Shown piece by piece: positions 22,279-34,214 of a stretch of DNA of 64,000 nucleotides. The position numbers were made by a program, and so were the translations under genes. The stretch's first letter is position 1, and each line of letters opens with the position of its first letter. Location of the stretch: NCBI RefSeq assembly GCF_036917415.1, contig NZ_JBALDJ010000114.1, positions 227,209 through 291,208 on the forward strand. Direction: 5' to 3'. The stretch comes from Nostoc sp. Its GTDB lineage: Bacteria > Cyanobacteriota > Cyanobacteriia > Cyanobacteriales > Nostocaceae. Under the pieces are notes generated by a model, which worked only from the letters and a program-made list of their open reading frames with translations, did no database searches and had not been told where the DNA came from.

Positions 22279-22860
22279 ATGGCAGATTACTTGAATAAGT
22301 ACCAAAAGTCTGACAGGAAAACCATACTAATGAGAATTTGGACTACTACTGCTGTGCTAGCTGCTTTTTGGCTAATATCTGGGATCATCAGTTCTGAGCC
22401 AATCACCGCTACTTCTGTTTTGGTAGAAAATGCCATATCATCTCCAGCGCCAACGAATGCAAAACAGATTACTGTCAGTAACACCGAGTTTGGTCTGAAG
22501 AGAGTTGACTCCAAAGGAAACGTTACCATTTTCCAGACAACAAGAGTGCCACTTCAGGAAGGAAACACCTACGGATGGCGGATTAAACTCAAAAACTACC
22601 AAGGTGAAGTGAAATGGCGTGAAGTCTTGCATTTACCAAAACCTCCAGAAACTTGGGGTACAGATAATGGCGAAGATTTCTCAATATCAGCAGACGGCAA
22701 GACATCTGTAACACGGCGCACACAGTCGGCTCCAGAAGGTGTGATTGAGAATTTTTGGACAATTGCCCCTGGCGATCCAGTTGGTAAGCATAGAATAGAA
22801 GTCTATATTGATGACCGTTTGATCGGTACTTTCCAGTTTGAAGTTATTCCAGTTAAGTAG
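22279..22860 (+). CDS. Exported hypothetical protein (alternative start 22330)
   Basis: Signal-like MRIWTTTAVLAAFWLISG followed by a beta-rich domain. Confidence 0.7.
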   Translation: MADYLNKYQKSDRKTILMRIWTTTAVLAAFWLISGIISSEPITATSVLVENAISSPAPTNAKQITVSNTEFGLKRVDSKGNVTIFQTTRVPLQEGNTYGWRIKLKNYQGEVKWREVLHLPKPPETWGTDNGEDFSISADGKTSVTRRTQSAPEGVIENFWTIAPGDPVGKHRIEVYIDDRLIGTFQFEVIPVK

Positions 22861-23210
22861 AGATGAAGGGCATTGAGCATGGAGAAGAGACAAGGTAGAT
22901 GAAGAAGAGGGGGGAGATAAGGGAGAGAATTGTTCAATAGACCTCTTGCACAAATGCAAAATTCGCCCTCATCTCCCAACCCCTTCTCCCAAAATTGGGA
23001 GAAGGGGAGTCCTCACCCTAAGTCCCTCTCTCAAGCTTGGGAAAGGGATTTAGGGTGAAAGCTCATTGATTCATGCAAGAAGTCTAATAATTCCCCTTTG
23101 TCCCCCTTGTCTCCCCTGCTCCCTTATCTTCCCCAGTCCCCAATCCCATCTTCTCCTGAAACTGAGGAGTATCTTAGAGATAGAAGTTTGATACTTGTTA
23201 GGTGGCGATC

Positions 23211-23525
23211 GTGAATACAAAGGAATTCCTGCGATTGATCGAAAAGCAGCCCCCATGTCCTCAGACACTACCAAAAGGGCTGCAAGCAATGTGGTATGAC
23301 AACAAAGGTGATTGGAGCAAAGCTCATGAAATAGTTGCAAATGCCAGTGATGCTGACAGTGCTTGGGTTCATGCTTATCTGCACCGTAAAGAAGGCGATT
23401 TGAAAAATGCCCATTTCTGGTATCAACGCAGTGGTCAGCTAGAATTTTCAGGAGAACTAAGCCAGGAATGGGAACAAATAACTTCTGTATTGCTAAAGAA
23501 GGTCAACGTGACGCATGAATGCTGA
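23211..23525 (+). CDS. Conserved hypothetical protein
   Basis: GDWSKAHEIV...AWVHAYLHRKEGD..NA.FWY motif. GTG start. Confidence 0.75.
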   Translation: MNTKEFLRLIEKQPPCPQTLPKGLQAMWYDNKGDWSKAHEIVANASDADSAWVHAYLHRKEGDLKNAHFWYQRSGQLEFSGELSQEWEQITSVLLKKVNVTHEC

Positions 23526-23883
23526 AGAATTAAAAAGGCGTTTTGCCGCAGGAGAAAGATATTTTCCAGCCGTCAACTTGAGTAGAAACAAGCTGATTGG
23601 AGCCGATTTGCCTGGAATTAATTTATGGGGATCTGACTTGAGTGGAGCTAACTTAGCTAAAGCTAAACTGTGGGGAGCAGATTTGAGTAGAACTAATTTA
23701 GCCAAAGCGAATTTGACCAGAGCTAATTTGAGCGGTGCCAATTTGAATGAAGCAAATCTCCGGGGAGCAAAACTCAACTATGCCAAGTTGTATGGAGCGA
23801 ATCTGACTGGCGCTTACTACGATGAGAGTACGCGGTTTTCTAGAGGTTTTGACCCCATCAGTCAAAATATGCAAAAGGTGTGA
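23515..23883 (+). CDS. Pentapeptide repeat protein
   Basis: Tandem A(D/N)LxG repeats. Overlaps the upstream gene. Confidence 0.92.
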   Translation: MNAEELKRRFAAGERYFPAVNLSRNKLIGADLPGINLWGSDLSGANLAKAKLWGADLSRTNLAKANLTRANLSGANLNEANLRGAKLNYAKLYGANLTGAYYDESTRFSRGFDPISQNMQKV

Positions 23884-24001
23884 AGGGGATTGGGGACTGG
23901 GGGAAATGAGGGGATGAAAGAGCGGGGGAGCAGGGAGCAGTTGTAGTAAGTTTTTCCCTTCTGTCTCTTTTCAATGCCCAATGCCCAATGCCCAGTCTCC
24001 T

Positions 24002-24985
24002 TTAAATAACTGATAAATGATGTGAACCATCCAACATAGACGATATCAACATTTGTTCAAAGACTTTGGAAAGAGCAGTTTGAAAACGCTGACGATGCTT
24101 GATTTTGAAAAAAGGTCGAACTATTTCTGCGTAGGCGTAGCTCGCCGTAGGCATCGCACCGTTACCTTCTCTATTATCAATAACTCGAATTGCCCGCAAA
24201 GTCCCCAACTGGATTTCTTTTTTTACCATCAACTCAGAAATTCCAGTTGCACCTACACCATTTTCAATCGCGGCTTTTGCCATCTCACCACTGGTGAACA
24301 CTAAAATTACATTCAGTTCGCTGAGGTTGATCCCCCAATTTTGCAACGCTTCCTCAAACCTTTGCTGTGTACCAGATTCCCGCACCCGCATCACCCAAGG
24401 AGTTTGAGTTAGTTGGCTTAAATCTATTTCTCCCCACTCAAACCAAGGGTGTTTTTGACCGACGACAATTTGCAAGCGATCGCTCGCCACTATTTCGTAT
24501 TCTAGAGTATTCTGAAGTGCTGGCTTCACATCTCCTTCTACCAAACCTAAATCAAACTGTCCCATTGCTGTACCGACACAAATCGTTTCTGCATTGGCAA
24601 GGGTACAGTCAATCTGAATACCAGGATATTGGCTCTTAAACTCACTAATCTTACTTGGTAGCCAGTAGTTACCAATTGTCAGACTCGACCCTAATTTCAA
24701 TTCACCCCGTTGCAGATTGTTCAATTCTCGCAATCCCCTTTCTGTCAAGGAAACTTGATCGAGAATTTTTTGCGCTTCCACTTGCAGTAATTTACCCGCT
24801 TCAGCAATCTCGATATGGCGACCAATTCGATGGAATAGTTTCACTCCGTATTCTTGCTCTAGGTTGTGGATTGCTGCGCTGACAGCAGGTTGTGTAATAT
24901 AAAGCTCCTCTGCTGCGCGAGTAAAGTGTAAGTTCTGCGCCACAGCTAGAAAGATTTTTAGCTGCTCAAGCGTCATTCCTGCCAT
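24002..24985 (-). CDS. LysR-family transcriptional regulator (CysL/YeiE-like)
   Basis: TLEQLKIF...HFTRAAEELYITQPAVSAAI helix-turn-helix, GELKLGSSLTIG. Confidence 0.92.
   Translation of the reverse strand: MAGMTLEQLKIFLAVAQNLHFTRAAEELYITQPAVSAAIHNLEQEYGVKLFHRIGRHIEIAEAGKLLQVEAQKILDQVSLTERGLRELNNLQRGELKLGSSLTIGNYWLPSKISEFKSQYPGIQIDCTLANAETICVGTAMGQFDLGLVEGDVKPALQNTLEYEIVASDRLQIVVGQKHPWFEWGEIDLSQLTQTPWVMRVRESGTQQRFEEALQNWGINLSELNVILVFTSGEMAKAAIENGVGATGISELMVKKEIQLGTLRAIRVIDNREGNGAMPTASYAYAEIVRPFFKIKHRQRFQTALSKVFEQMLISSMLDGSHHLSVI
24129..24157. repeat. SDR5-type 21-nt element inserted in a HIP1 site, in frame within the LysR gene
   Basis: GCG+TAGGCGTAGCTCGCCGTAGGC+ATCGC. Confidence 0.85.
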
Positions 24986-25107
24986 TTATCGTATCCCTAA
25001 AACTTAGTGTCAAAATTTTAATCACTTTCATTTATCATTTTGACAAATAAAAGCATTTGATTCTATCGGTTAGTTTGACTAAAGTATAAATCAAGGCTTT
25101 CTACCTA

Positions 25108-25203
25108 GTCATTTGTCATTGGTCATTGGTCATTTGTCATTTGTCATTTGTCATTTGTCATTGGTTATTGGTCATTTGTAAATACCCAATGCCCCATGCC
25201 CAA
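25108..25203. repeat. STRR heptamer tracts (GTCATTT/G and CCCAATG)
   Basis: About ten tandem gtcatt(t/g) units, then cccaatgccccatgcccaat. Confidence 0.9.
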
Positions 25204-25274
25204 TACTTCTCTACGAGAGGCAACGCTCAGTACAAGTGCCTAATTCGCAAGCATGAACATAAGGACATCCACAA

Positions 25275-25961
25275 ATGAACGATTTAGTAACTGCAATTAC
25301 CACAGGGATTACCGCATTCACTGCCACCAACATTGATGATATTGTGATTCTGACGTTGTTTTTTTCACAAATAAGTACAACGTTTCGCAGTCGTCACATC
25401 TTTGCTGGTCAGTATCTCGGTTTTGCAGCATTGATCGTTGCTAGCCTTCCTGGTTTCTTCGGTGGATTAATCATACCGCAAGACTGGATTAGACTACTTG
25501 GTTTTATGCCAATAATCATTGGTATGAGCAGTTTACTAAAACGCGAAGAGGATTCATCTGAGGAAGCCGAAGAAGAAACTGAGCCGTCTTGTCCCTCTAT
25601 AGTTAGCAGTTTTCTCTCTCCGCAAACTTGCAATGTCGCTGCGATCGCCTTTGCCAATGGTAGTGATAATATCAGTGTCTATGTACCCCTGTTTGCCAAC
25701 TCAGAATTAGACAGTCTGCTGGTAATACTAAGTGTATTTTTTACCCTAGTCGGTGTATGGTGTTATACCGCTTGTAAATTAACCTACTTGCCTGCGATCG
25801 CCAACTTTTTAACTGAAAATGGCAAGACTTTTGTACCTTGTATCTTGATTGGTTTGGGCGTGTTTATTGTCACAGAAAATGTTACTTGGACTCTTTTATC
25901 TGTAATTTCTAGTTATATCTTCTCATTAATTGTTAGGTTTCAATACTCAACCGTCGAGTGA
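25275..25961 (+). CDS. CadD-family (cadmium resistance) transporter
   Basis: ATNIDDIVIL, GQYLGF, ANGSDNISVYVPLF motifs. Confidence 0.88.
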   Translation: MNDLVTAITTGITAFTATNIDDIVILTLFFSQISTTFRSRHIFAGQYLGFAALIVASLPGFFGGLIIPQDWIRLLGFMPIIIGMSSLLKREEDSSEEAEEETEPSCPSIVSSFLSPQTCNVAAIAFANGSDNISVYVPLFANSELDSLLVILSVFFTLVGVWCYTACKLTYLPAIANFLTENGKTFVPCILIGLGVFIVTENVTWTLLSVISSYIFSLIVRFQYSTVE

Positions 25962-26047
25962 AGAACAAGAAAAACTAATTGTCTAAAAAGAAGTACATTA
26001 TGAATTCCCAACAGCAAAATATCTTACCTATCAACAGGAATCAAAAC

Positions 26048-26704
26048 ATGAAAATATGGAAATCTCTGCTAATTGTCTTAATGATTGTCGCTAATTTCGC
26101 CTTTGCTCAACCTTCTTTTGCTGATAAACCAAAATTTAGCAAAAACCCTGATTATATCGAAGTCACGAAAACGCTTGGTAAACTGACTCAAGCAAAAGAA
26201 GCCCAAACTGAAGTAGAAGGTGTCACACCAGAGAAAATTCAGCAGAAAATCGATGAGTTAACATTCCAAAAATATGCTTTAGAGACGGGAATCAATTGGG
26301 GTCAATGCGAAAACAAAACAGGTAACACCATAGCAGTATATGGCAAAAGACCAAATGAGGAAGAGGATGACGATGCTATGTACGAGAACGGTCTATATTT
26401 TCTAGCTGATGGTCAGTCTACTAAAAATAACTGGGATTGTGATGGCTTCTATCTGCCAAATGATGCCACAATTACAGGTTTAACCGCAGACGGACAAGCT
26501 CAAGAATTTACAGAGGCAGTGGCTATTAAGATACCTGATGGCAGTAAGTTAACAATTAAAACTAATCCAGATACTGCTGCAATTGAAATCAACATTCCTA
26601 ATGCTCAAATTGTCAAAGCTAACGAAGTTAACTGGTTTATTCCGAATGTATCACAGGCTATAATATATACACGGGTTCCCAATGCGCCTACCATGAAGTC
26701 TTAA
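26048..26704 (+). CDS. Exported hypothetical protein
   Basis: Signal peptide ending FAFA-Q. ATG at 26048 preferred. Confidence 0.7.
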   Translation: MKIWKSLLIVLMIVANFAFAQPSFADKPKFSKNPDYIEVTKTLGKLTQAKEAQTEVEGVTPEKIQQKIDELTFQKYALETGINWGQCENKTGNTIAVYGKRPNEEEDDDAMYENGLYFLADGQSTKNNWDCDGFYLPNDATITGLTADGQAQEFTEAVAIKIPDGSKLTIKTNPDTAAIEINIPNAQIVKANEVNWFIPNVSQAIIYTRVPNAPTMKS

Positions 26705-27095
26705 ATCATTGAACGTTAAACAGTTACTAGGCGTATGGTAAGAATTTAGACTTATAACTGTTTAGAAATTGTTCTCAATTTTAACAGGGAAACAGCCAAT
26801 TTCAGAGAAAAACAGGACAAAAACTGGTGAAAAATCTCTCTGATCTTGGCTGTTTTTTTATGAATCTTATTACTTATAGTTGCTCCATAACATCAATTAT
26901 CAGTTCCGAATTATTCGGTCAGGCTTGTTTTATTTCGATATCTGCATTAAAATAAATTTTGGAAAAATGTACAATCACAACAAGCATATTTCAGTAGCGC
27001 AACTATTGCGCTGGGTGCAAGTTATCTGGAAAGAGATTTCCTACTACCTGCGCATTTTTTTGACAGAAGCTGCTTTGGGGATAAGGGTGTTATTG

Positions 27096-27524
27096 ATGCA
27101 GTTAAAATTGAAACCCACAGAAGAAGATAAAGATAAAAAAAAGCCAGGACGACTGAATCCGTCTAGAATTCGAGATCACTTGGCAAATGAGCGTACCTAC
27201 CTCGCTTGGATGCGGACAGGGATCGCTCTTTTAGGTTTTGGTGTTGTCATCGTGCGTTTGCGTGCCTTCCAAGTACCTTTGATACCTCGTCCTGGTAACG
27301 GCTGGAAGTTAGGTTTAGTCTTCTCGCTGGTGGGTTTAATTACGGTGTGGCTCTCAACAGGACACTATTTTGCTGTCCGTCGTGATATTGAAGAAGATAC
27401 TTACGAACCAACAGACCGATGGGTGTTACTGTTCAGTCTCGCCGTGATGATTCTCGGCGCTGGGGTAATCTATTTTGTTTTTACAACTTCTTTAGATCCA
27501 ATGAGTCCAGTTATCCCTGAGTAA
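27096..27524 (+). CDS. DUF202/YidH-family membrane protein
   Basis: RDHLANERTYLAWMRT signature and three TMs. Start uncertain (26967 is possible). Confidence 0.85.
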   Translation: MQLKLKPTEEDKDKKKPGRLNPSRIRDHLANERTYLAWMRTGIALLGFGVVIVRLRAFQVPLIPRPGNGWKLGLVFSLVGLITVWLSTGHYFAVRRDIEEDTYEPTDRWVLLFSLAVMILGAGVIYFVFTTSLDPMSPVIPE

Positions 27525-27532
27525 TAAGATTT

Positions 27533-28255
27533 TTAAAATCGCACCTTATACAACTCGAATAATTCCCCTGATTTATGGGTTACGACTTTAGCACCAGCGG
27601 CCTTAATCGTTTTTTCCCACTTAGCCAAAGGTTCTAAAAACACCTCAGCCCCTAAATAGGTTTCCAGAACTGCCCAATCTTCCGCTAAAGGCTGTTCTGG
27701 ATTGAGAACGTCAAATACAAAATGTCCACCTGGTTTTAACACCCGCTTGACTTCTGCTAGTACAGCATCCCAATATTCGAGGGGAAAATAGCAGCTAAAT
27801 CCTGTGGCGATCGCTAGATCAAACTGCTCTGATGAATAGTTTAACTGATGGGCTGCTCCCAACTCAACCCCTTTGAACAGCTTAGAATTCAACTGTGGCC
27901 CACGAGAATTCAGGGTATCGCGTGCCACATTACTGATTTCTTGCCCATGAAAAAATGCTTGCCAATCCCGCCAAGGATAGATTAAAAAGCTGATTCCACA
28001 GCCAATATCTATACAGTGTTGGTTTTTTTGAGGTTTAGCAATTTCCCAAAAAGGGGAAGCAATTCTCCCTGAGAAACTTCCAGCAATCCACTCGCCGAAT
28101 ATCGGCATCGCCTGTACTTCCGCTGGCAGTTCAAAGGTTTCGCGTTGATATTCTCGGTTAAAGCGATAGGCTATTTGGGCTAATCTTTCGTCCCAGTTGG
28201 TTGATTTGGGTGAACTAAAGAGATTTTGAAACTGAGAATCGGGCTTTTTAGACAT
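27533..28255 (-). CDS. Class I SAM-dependent methyltransferase
   Basis: IDIGCG, FDLAIA and RVLKPGG motifs. Confidence 0.88.
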   Translation of the reverse strand: MSKKPDSQFQNLFSSPKSTNWDERLAQIAYRFNREYQRETFELPAEVQAMPIFGEWIAGSFSGRIASPFWEIAKPQKNQHCIDIGCGISFLIYPWRDWQAFFHGQEISNVARDTLNSRGPQLNSKLFKGVELGAAHQLNYSSEQFDLAIATGFSCYFPLEYWDAVLAEVKRVLKPGGHFVFDVLNPEQPLAEDWAVLETYLGAEVFLEPLAKWEKTIKAAGAKVVTHKSGELFELYKVRF

Positions 28256-28380
28256 TTAAGTTTTTGCTACTCTTTTTAAGGATTGTAGTCAAATTCGCAA
28301 AGCGATCGCTACGGCAGGCGGGTACACCATCGCACCCCCATCCAATCTCCTGCTAAGGTTTGTCCGAAGTCATTGGTACT

Positions 28381-28471
28381 AGGACTTACGCACAAGTAAC
28401 GGAAAACGAACCACAGAGGACGCAGAGTTTACGGAGAAATGAGAGTTTGAGAGGGTTTTTGCGTAAGTCCT
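28381..28471. mobile_element. 91-bp MITE with TIR AGGACTTACGCA, copy 1
   Basis: Perfect 12-bp TIRs. Inverted relative to the copy at 42889, with 3 mismatches by hand alignment. Confidence 0.85.
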
Positions 28472-28477
28472 AGTACT

Positions 28478-28527
28478 AATGACCAATGACCAATGACCAA
28501 TGACCAATGACCAATGACTAATGACTA
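28478..28527. repeat. STRR tract (AATGACC)n
   Basis: Tandem aatgacc/aatgact heptamers. Confidence 0.9.
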
Positions 28528-29232
28528 CTATTCAACTTTTTCATACCAGATACCTACTTTCTCAAAAGCACCATAAGCAAGCTTCAGAAAATTCACTATT
28601 CTCTGTTTCCCAATTATCCCAAATTCTTTATACTCTCTAGCCTCTGCAAAAGTCAGGCGATTTTGGTCAATTATGTTTCTTTCTCTGTATGCTAATTTCG
28701 GAAAATCTATAACTTTTATCTGATATTTATTTACTATGTTTTGATAGTTAGAGTCTGACTCTAGATGTTCCCAATCATCACACAGCCCTAAATTCCTCAC
28801 CAGAATATGAGGAATTTTCTCACCATAAGTATTTACTGACTGAGTAAACAGGTTGATGCTGTCGTATCCTCCTGTCGATACAAACCATTTGCAAAACATC
28901 ACTCCCTGCGAACTTCCTAATTCAATTAATTGATTAGAGTCAATCCACCCTTGTACTGCTCTATGCGATTGTGCTGCTAAATTCACAATTACTGGCTTCT
29001 CTATCGCCCACTCAAATATTCTATCTGCCTTATTTGCCTGTCGTTCATTCTCACTAAACACAGCATATTTACATATCTCCTTATATACCCCTGCTACATC
29101 TGGATTTGATCTATCTGTCTCTACTGGTACAAATGGGATTCTCTTATCCAGACAATACTGAATCATTGTCCTGGCAAAGAGAGACTTTCCTACCCCGCCT
29201 TTTTCACCATCCACAAAATGAATCGTCGGCAT
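28528..29232 (-). CDS. MobD-like / ParA-superfamily P-loop protein
   Basis: IHFVDGEKGGVGKS deviant Walker A, ETDRSNPDV, PHILVRNLG. Confidence 0.75.
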   Translation of the reverse strand: MPTIHFVDGEKGGVGKSLFARTMIQYCLDKRIPFVPVETDRSNPDVAGVYKEICKYAVFSENERQANKADRIFEWAIEKPVIVNLAAQSHRAVQGWIDSNQLIELGSSQGVMFCKWFVSTGGYDSINLFTQSVNTYGEKIPHILVRNLGLCDDWEHLESDSNYQNIVNKYQIKVIDFPKLAYRERNIIDQNRLTFAEAREYKEFGIIGKQRIVNFLKLAYGAFEKVGIWYEKVE

Positions 29233-29404
29233 TACAGCCACCTCTAATAATTATTAAAGTCTGATACATCTTTCCCAAACTAAGAACTTTTTGGCCATTG
29301 CCCCCAAGTATTTTGGTGGTTTTATGAGAAAGTATAACCGTGATTTGGATATAGTTTTCCAACAGTCTCATTTTACACAGGCAAAGTCCGTCTGCGCGGA
29401 CTAA

Positions 29405-29540
29405 GGGACTTCCAATTTAAAAAATGTCCCATCGCTTTGAGGGCAGGGGGCAGGGGGCAGGGGGCAGGGGGCAGGGGGCAGGGGGAGGGAAAGTCGTTTT
29501 GATGGGCGTGAAATTGGATAATTTATTTCTTGGAAGTCCC
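29405..29540. mobile_element. 136-bp MITE with TIR GGGACTTCCAA and TAA target duplication, carrying (CAGGGGG)n
   Basis: taa|GGGACTTCCAA...TTGGAAGTCCC|taa. Confidence 0.75.
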
Positions 29541-29633
29541 TAAGACAAAACAAGGGGCTTAAGCCCCTTGTTATAAACTGCGGAAGCAGGTTTTGTTTAG
29601 ACGCGGTTTCTAACTGCGCTTTTAGCTGCAATA

Positions 29634-30350
29634 TTAGCCTAAATCGAAAAGCAAGATTTCGCCGCCGATGTTGGTGCTAATTTCTAGCTGTTCTTCGCCA
29701 TTGATTTGTACACCATCACCGGCTCTGAGTTCTTCACCATTTAAGTTGACTATGCCTTGCGCTACTTGTAACCAAGCATAACGATCCGGTTTGACTTGAT
29801 AATTAACAACATCACCTGACTCTAAAACAGATGTGTATAAATCAACATCTTGGTAAATTGTCACAGCACCATCGCGCCCATCTTTAGCAGCAATTAAGCG
29901 AAGTTTGCCACGCTTTTCTTCTAGAGGAAAAGCTTTTTGTTCATATCTTGGTGCTAATCCTTCTCGATTGGGAAGAATCCAGATTTGTAGCAGGTGTAGT
30001 GGTTCTGTTGGTGAGGGATTAAATTCACTGTGGCTGATTCCAGTTCCAGCACTCATAATCTGGGCATCACCAGGGCGAATCACCGAGCCAGTACCCAAGC
30101 TGTCTTTATGCTCTACAGCACCTTCTAAGACATAAGTGAGGATTTCCATGTCACGATGACTGTGGGTAGGGAATCCAGCACCTGGGGCGATGCGATCGTC
30201 GTTAATTACCCGCAGAGAGCGAAATCCCATCCGGTTAGGATCGTAAAAACTACCGAAGGAAAATGTGTGATAACTATCGAGCCAGCCCATTTTTGCGTGA
30301 CCACGGGCATTGCGATCGTGAATTAAGTGGGTAATTGTATTTTGAGACAT
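29634..30350 (-). CDS. Pirin family protein (YhhW-like)
   Basis: [46 protein letters not shown]. Confidence 0.93.
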   Translation of the reverse strand: MSQNTITHLIHDRNARGHAKMGWLDSYHTFSFGSFYDPNRMGFRSLRVINDDRIAPGAGFPTHSHRDMEILTYVLEGAVEHKDSLGTGSVIRPGDAQIMSAGTGISHSEFNPSPTEPLHLLQIWILPNREGLAPRYEQKAFPLEEKRGKLRLIAAKDGRDGAVTIYQDVDLYTSVLESGDVVNYQVKPDRYAWLQVAQGIVNLNGEELRAGDGVQINGEEQLEISTNIGGEILLFDLG

Positions 30351-31176
30351 AAATTTACCTCGTTGTTAATTGTTTTTAGAATTCTGATTGATTAAACCTA
30401 ATTTATAACTATTTAAATAGTAAAGTATATACATATAAAATGAAAAGTACGGTTTACCCTATAATGCTTATATATCAGTTACTATAAACTTAATTTCACA
30501 CTTTTAGCATTAATTTAAGTTAGTTTTTGCGCTTTTATGGCTGCAATAAATTAGATTCATTTTGGGTTAAAACTGTCTTAGCTGTATTGGGTTTGGTAGT
30601 AGGTGAAGTAATAGATATTTTACTTTTTTCCAGTAGCAGATACTAAAGAATTAGTGATAAAAAACCGATGTATTATTTATTAATTAACAACACACAGATG
30701 TGCATCCCTACTTAATCGAAACTATGGAGCGATCGCTGTCTGTAGTACAGCAGGGTGTAAATAAAGCATCCATTTTAAATCAATGAAACTTTGCGGTATA
30801 AAAATTACGCATAGCTGTACCAGCTTTTTAATCAAACAAGGCACGATTACCCCTGATGAGTCAATCATTCTTTAAATGACTATAAATCTCACTAGTGGAA
30901 GACGTTTTACCAATTCAGATTTTTTACCCTATTTGCAGAATGATGTTGTCTAGGAAGAGAATTTAGAGCGATCGCATTTTTAACTGCTTTGAACATCATC
31001 GGTTTGCAACAGGGTAAGTGGACACAAAACTTACTGAGTGCTGCGAAAGTTCTGGATTTTTAAATTCCCTCCAATAGGGGTTGACAGTACCAGCCTTAAA
31101 TGTATAAAAGAGTAATCTAAAATCCAAAATTGTCTGACTGATGCAAATTCAAATCAGGGCAGCTTTGGGAGGAAAT

Positions 31177-32138
<962 letters not shown>

Positions 32139-32200
32139 GGTTAGGCTGGCGTACTTTCCACAATTAAGCCGATACATACCATTAGTGGAATTAAACGCCC

Positions 32201-33604
32201 ATGACTAGCGCGATCGATAAGAACAGTCAGATGGAAGCACAAGCCTGGGAATTATTGGGAGAGTCCGTAATTTACTACCAAGGAAAACCCATTGGTACTG
32301 TAGCCGCACACGATCCGGAGTCAGATGCACTCAATTATGACCAGTGCTTCCTCCGCGATTTTGTCCCTTCTGCCTTGGTGTTTCTCATGCACGGCAAAGC
32401 AGAGATTGTGCGTAACTTCTTAGTAGAAACACTGAAATTACAAAGTCATGAAAAGCAGATAGACTGCTTTGAACCAGGAGCGGGATTAATGCCTGCCAGT
32501 TTCAAAGTACATTTTAAGGGGAATGAGGAATTTTTGGTTGCTGATTTTGGAGAGCAAGCGATCGCTCGTGTTCCCCCAATTGATTCTTGTATGTGGTGGA
32601 TTCTCTTGCTACGGGCCTATGAAAAAGCTACAGGTGATTTGTCACTAGCGCGTCAGCCAGATTTTCAAGCCGGAATCAAACTAATTTTGGATCTTTGCTT
32701 GGTACATCGCTTTTCCATGTACCCAACAATGTTAGTTCCCGATGGCGCGTTTATGATTGACCGTCGCATGGGAGTTTACGAACATCCTTTAGAAATTCAG
32801 GTATTATTCTACGCATCTTTGAGGGCTGCTAGTGAATTGCTTTTAGCAGATGGGGATGGCGATAGCTACCTTAACAAAGTCAATAGGCGATTGGGATCTT
32901 TGAAATATCATATCCGCAACTATTATTGGCTAGACCTGAAGCGATTGGGGGAAATATATCGTTACAAAGATAACGAATTTGGTAAAGAAATTGTTAATAA
33001 ATTCAACATCAACTCAGAATCAATTCCTAATTGGTTGACCGAGTGGTTGCCCGAAACTGGAGGATATTTAGCGGGAAATCTTGGGCCAGGGCGGATAGAT
33101 TTTCGCTTTTTCGCTCTGGGAAATCTGATGGCAATCTTAACTTCCTTAGCAAGCGTTAAAGAATCTCAAAGCATTATGAATTTATTCGCCCAACGTTGGC
33201 AAGACTTAATCGGCTATATGCCTGTTAAAATTTGCTTTCCCGCTTTGGAAGGTTTAGAGTGGAGAATTGTTACAGGATGTGACTCTAAGAACAGGGCTTG
33301 GTCTTATCACAACGGCGGTAACTGGCCCGTTTTACTGTGGTTATTTACCGCTGCGGCACTGAAAGCCGATCGAACAGAACTTGCTCAAGCAGCGATCGCT
33401 ATTGCCGAAAGGCGTTTATTTAGAGATAAATTCCCAGAATACTACGATGGCAACAATGGTCGTTTAATTGGCAAAGAAGCCCGAATTTATCAAACTTGGA
33501 GCATTGCCGGATTGCTAGCTGCTAAAAAGCTTGTGGAAAATCCAGAGTACTTGGAATTAATCAGTTTTGCAGAGGGTCTTGAAGGCCCAGGCTGTAGCCT
33601 GTAG
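32201..33604 (+). CDS. Alkaline/neutral invertase (GH100)
   Basis: [55 protein letters not shown]. Confidence 0.95.
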   Translation: MTSAIDKNSQMEAQAWELLGESVIYYQGKPIGTVAAHDPESDALNYDQCFLRDFVPSALVFLMHGKAEIVRNFLVETLKLQSHEKQIDCFEPGAGLMPASFKVHFKGNEEFLVADFGEQAIARVPPIDSCMWWILLLRAYEKATGDLSLARQPDFQAGIKLILDLCLVHRFSMYPTMLVPDGAFMIDRRMGVYEHPLEIQVLFYASLRAASELLLADGDGDSYLNKVNRRLGSLKYHIRNYYWLDLKRLGEIYRYKDNEFGKEIVNKFNINSESIPNWLTEWLPETGGYLAGNLGPGRIDFRFFALGNLMAILTSLASVKESQSIMNLFAQRWQDLIGYMPVKICFPALEGLEWRIVTGCDSKNRAWSYHNGGNWPVLLWLFTAAALKADRTELAQAAIAIAERRLFRDKFPEYYDGNNGRLIGKEARIYQTWSIAGLLAAKKLVENPEYLELISFAEGLEGPGCSL

Positions 33605-33612
33605 TAGTGAAT

Positions 33613-33747
33613 CAATACGGTTCGGTTAAGGTTTTTTGATGAAAATTCTAGCTCGCTAAAGGCCCGATAAATCTCCGTCAAGACGAAAGACTGATTATTG
33701 TAGAGACGGCGATTCATCGCGTCTCTTGCCTTAACCGAACAGTATTG
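33613..33747. mobile_element. 135-bp MITE (Nezha-like) with a 19-bp TIR
   Basis: CAATACGGTTCGGTTAAGG ... CCTTAACCGAACAGTATTG (1 mismatch). GTAGTGAAT is duplicated on both flanks. Confidence 0.75.
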
Positions 33748-33822
33748 CGTAGTGAATACCTCGCAAGGTTTTACCCCAAAGATAATTTAGTGCTGTAATT
33801 ATACAGGGTGTTTCTGCTAACT

Positions 33823-33928
33823 AGTACAGCGGGCGCGTAAATTCAGCTACCATCTCAATTCAGCAGACAATAGGCAGACAAGTTGTTCTGAGCAACTGGT
33901 TAAAGGTAGGCAAACTTTTGGCTGTACT
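33823..33928. mobile_element. Possible small MITE with TIR AGTACAGC and AACT duplication
   Basis: aact|AGTACAGC...GCTGTACT|aact. The TIR is short. Confidence 0.45.
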
Positions 33929-34214
33929 AACTATACTGACATAACATTACAAGCGGGCAAACTTTTGGTAAGTATAATTTAGGAAATAGTATATTTGTTC
34001 CATAAAAATCCTGATTAAAAGGTTCCAGCGATCGCACAGCCTGCTTCTCCATCAGAGAGTACACCAACGAGTGACCCTGCCTCTGAATAACCTTCTCAAA
34101 TATCCGATAACTGATACACTATATTGTAAGAAGTATCTGAAGTGTCATACTTAGTAATATGTAATATCACCAGATAGTCTTTGCATAATTAGCACGTTTT
34201 AACGTGTATTAACC

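Noticed and set aside
25108-25203. Tandem repeats here and at 15164, 28478, 29441, 31925 and 56996 considered as CRISPR arrays
   Set aside because: They are contiguous 7-nt STRR units with no unique spacers, and no cas genes are present.
29401-29631. 76-aa ORF containing PPAPCP repeats (similar ORFs at 56834..57124 and 56991..57209)
   Set aside because: These are translations of STRR and MITE sequence, not genes.
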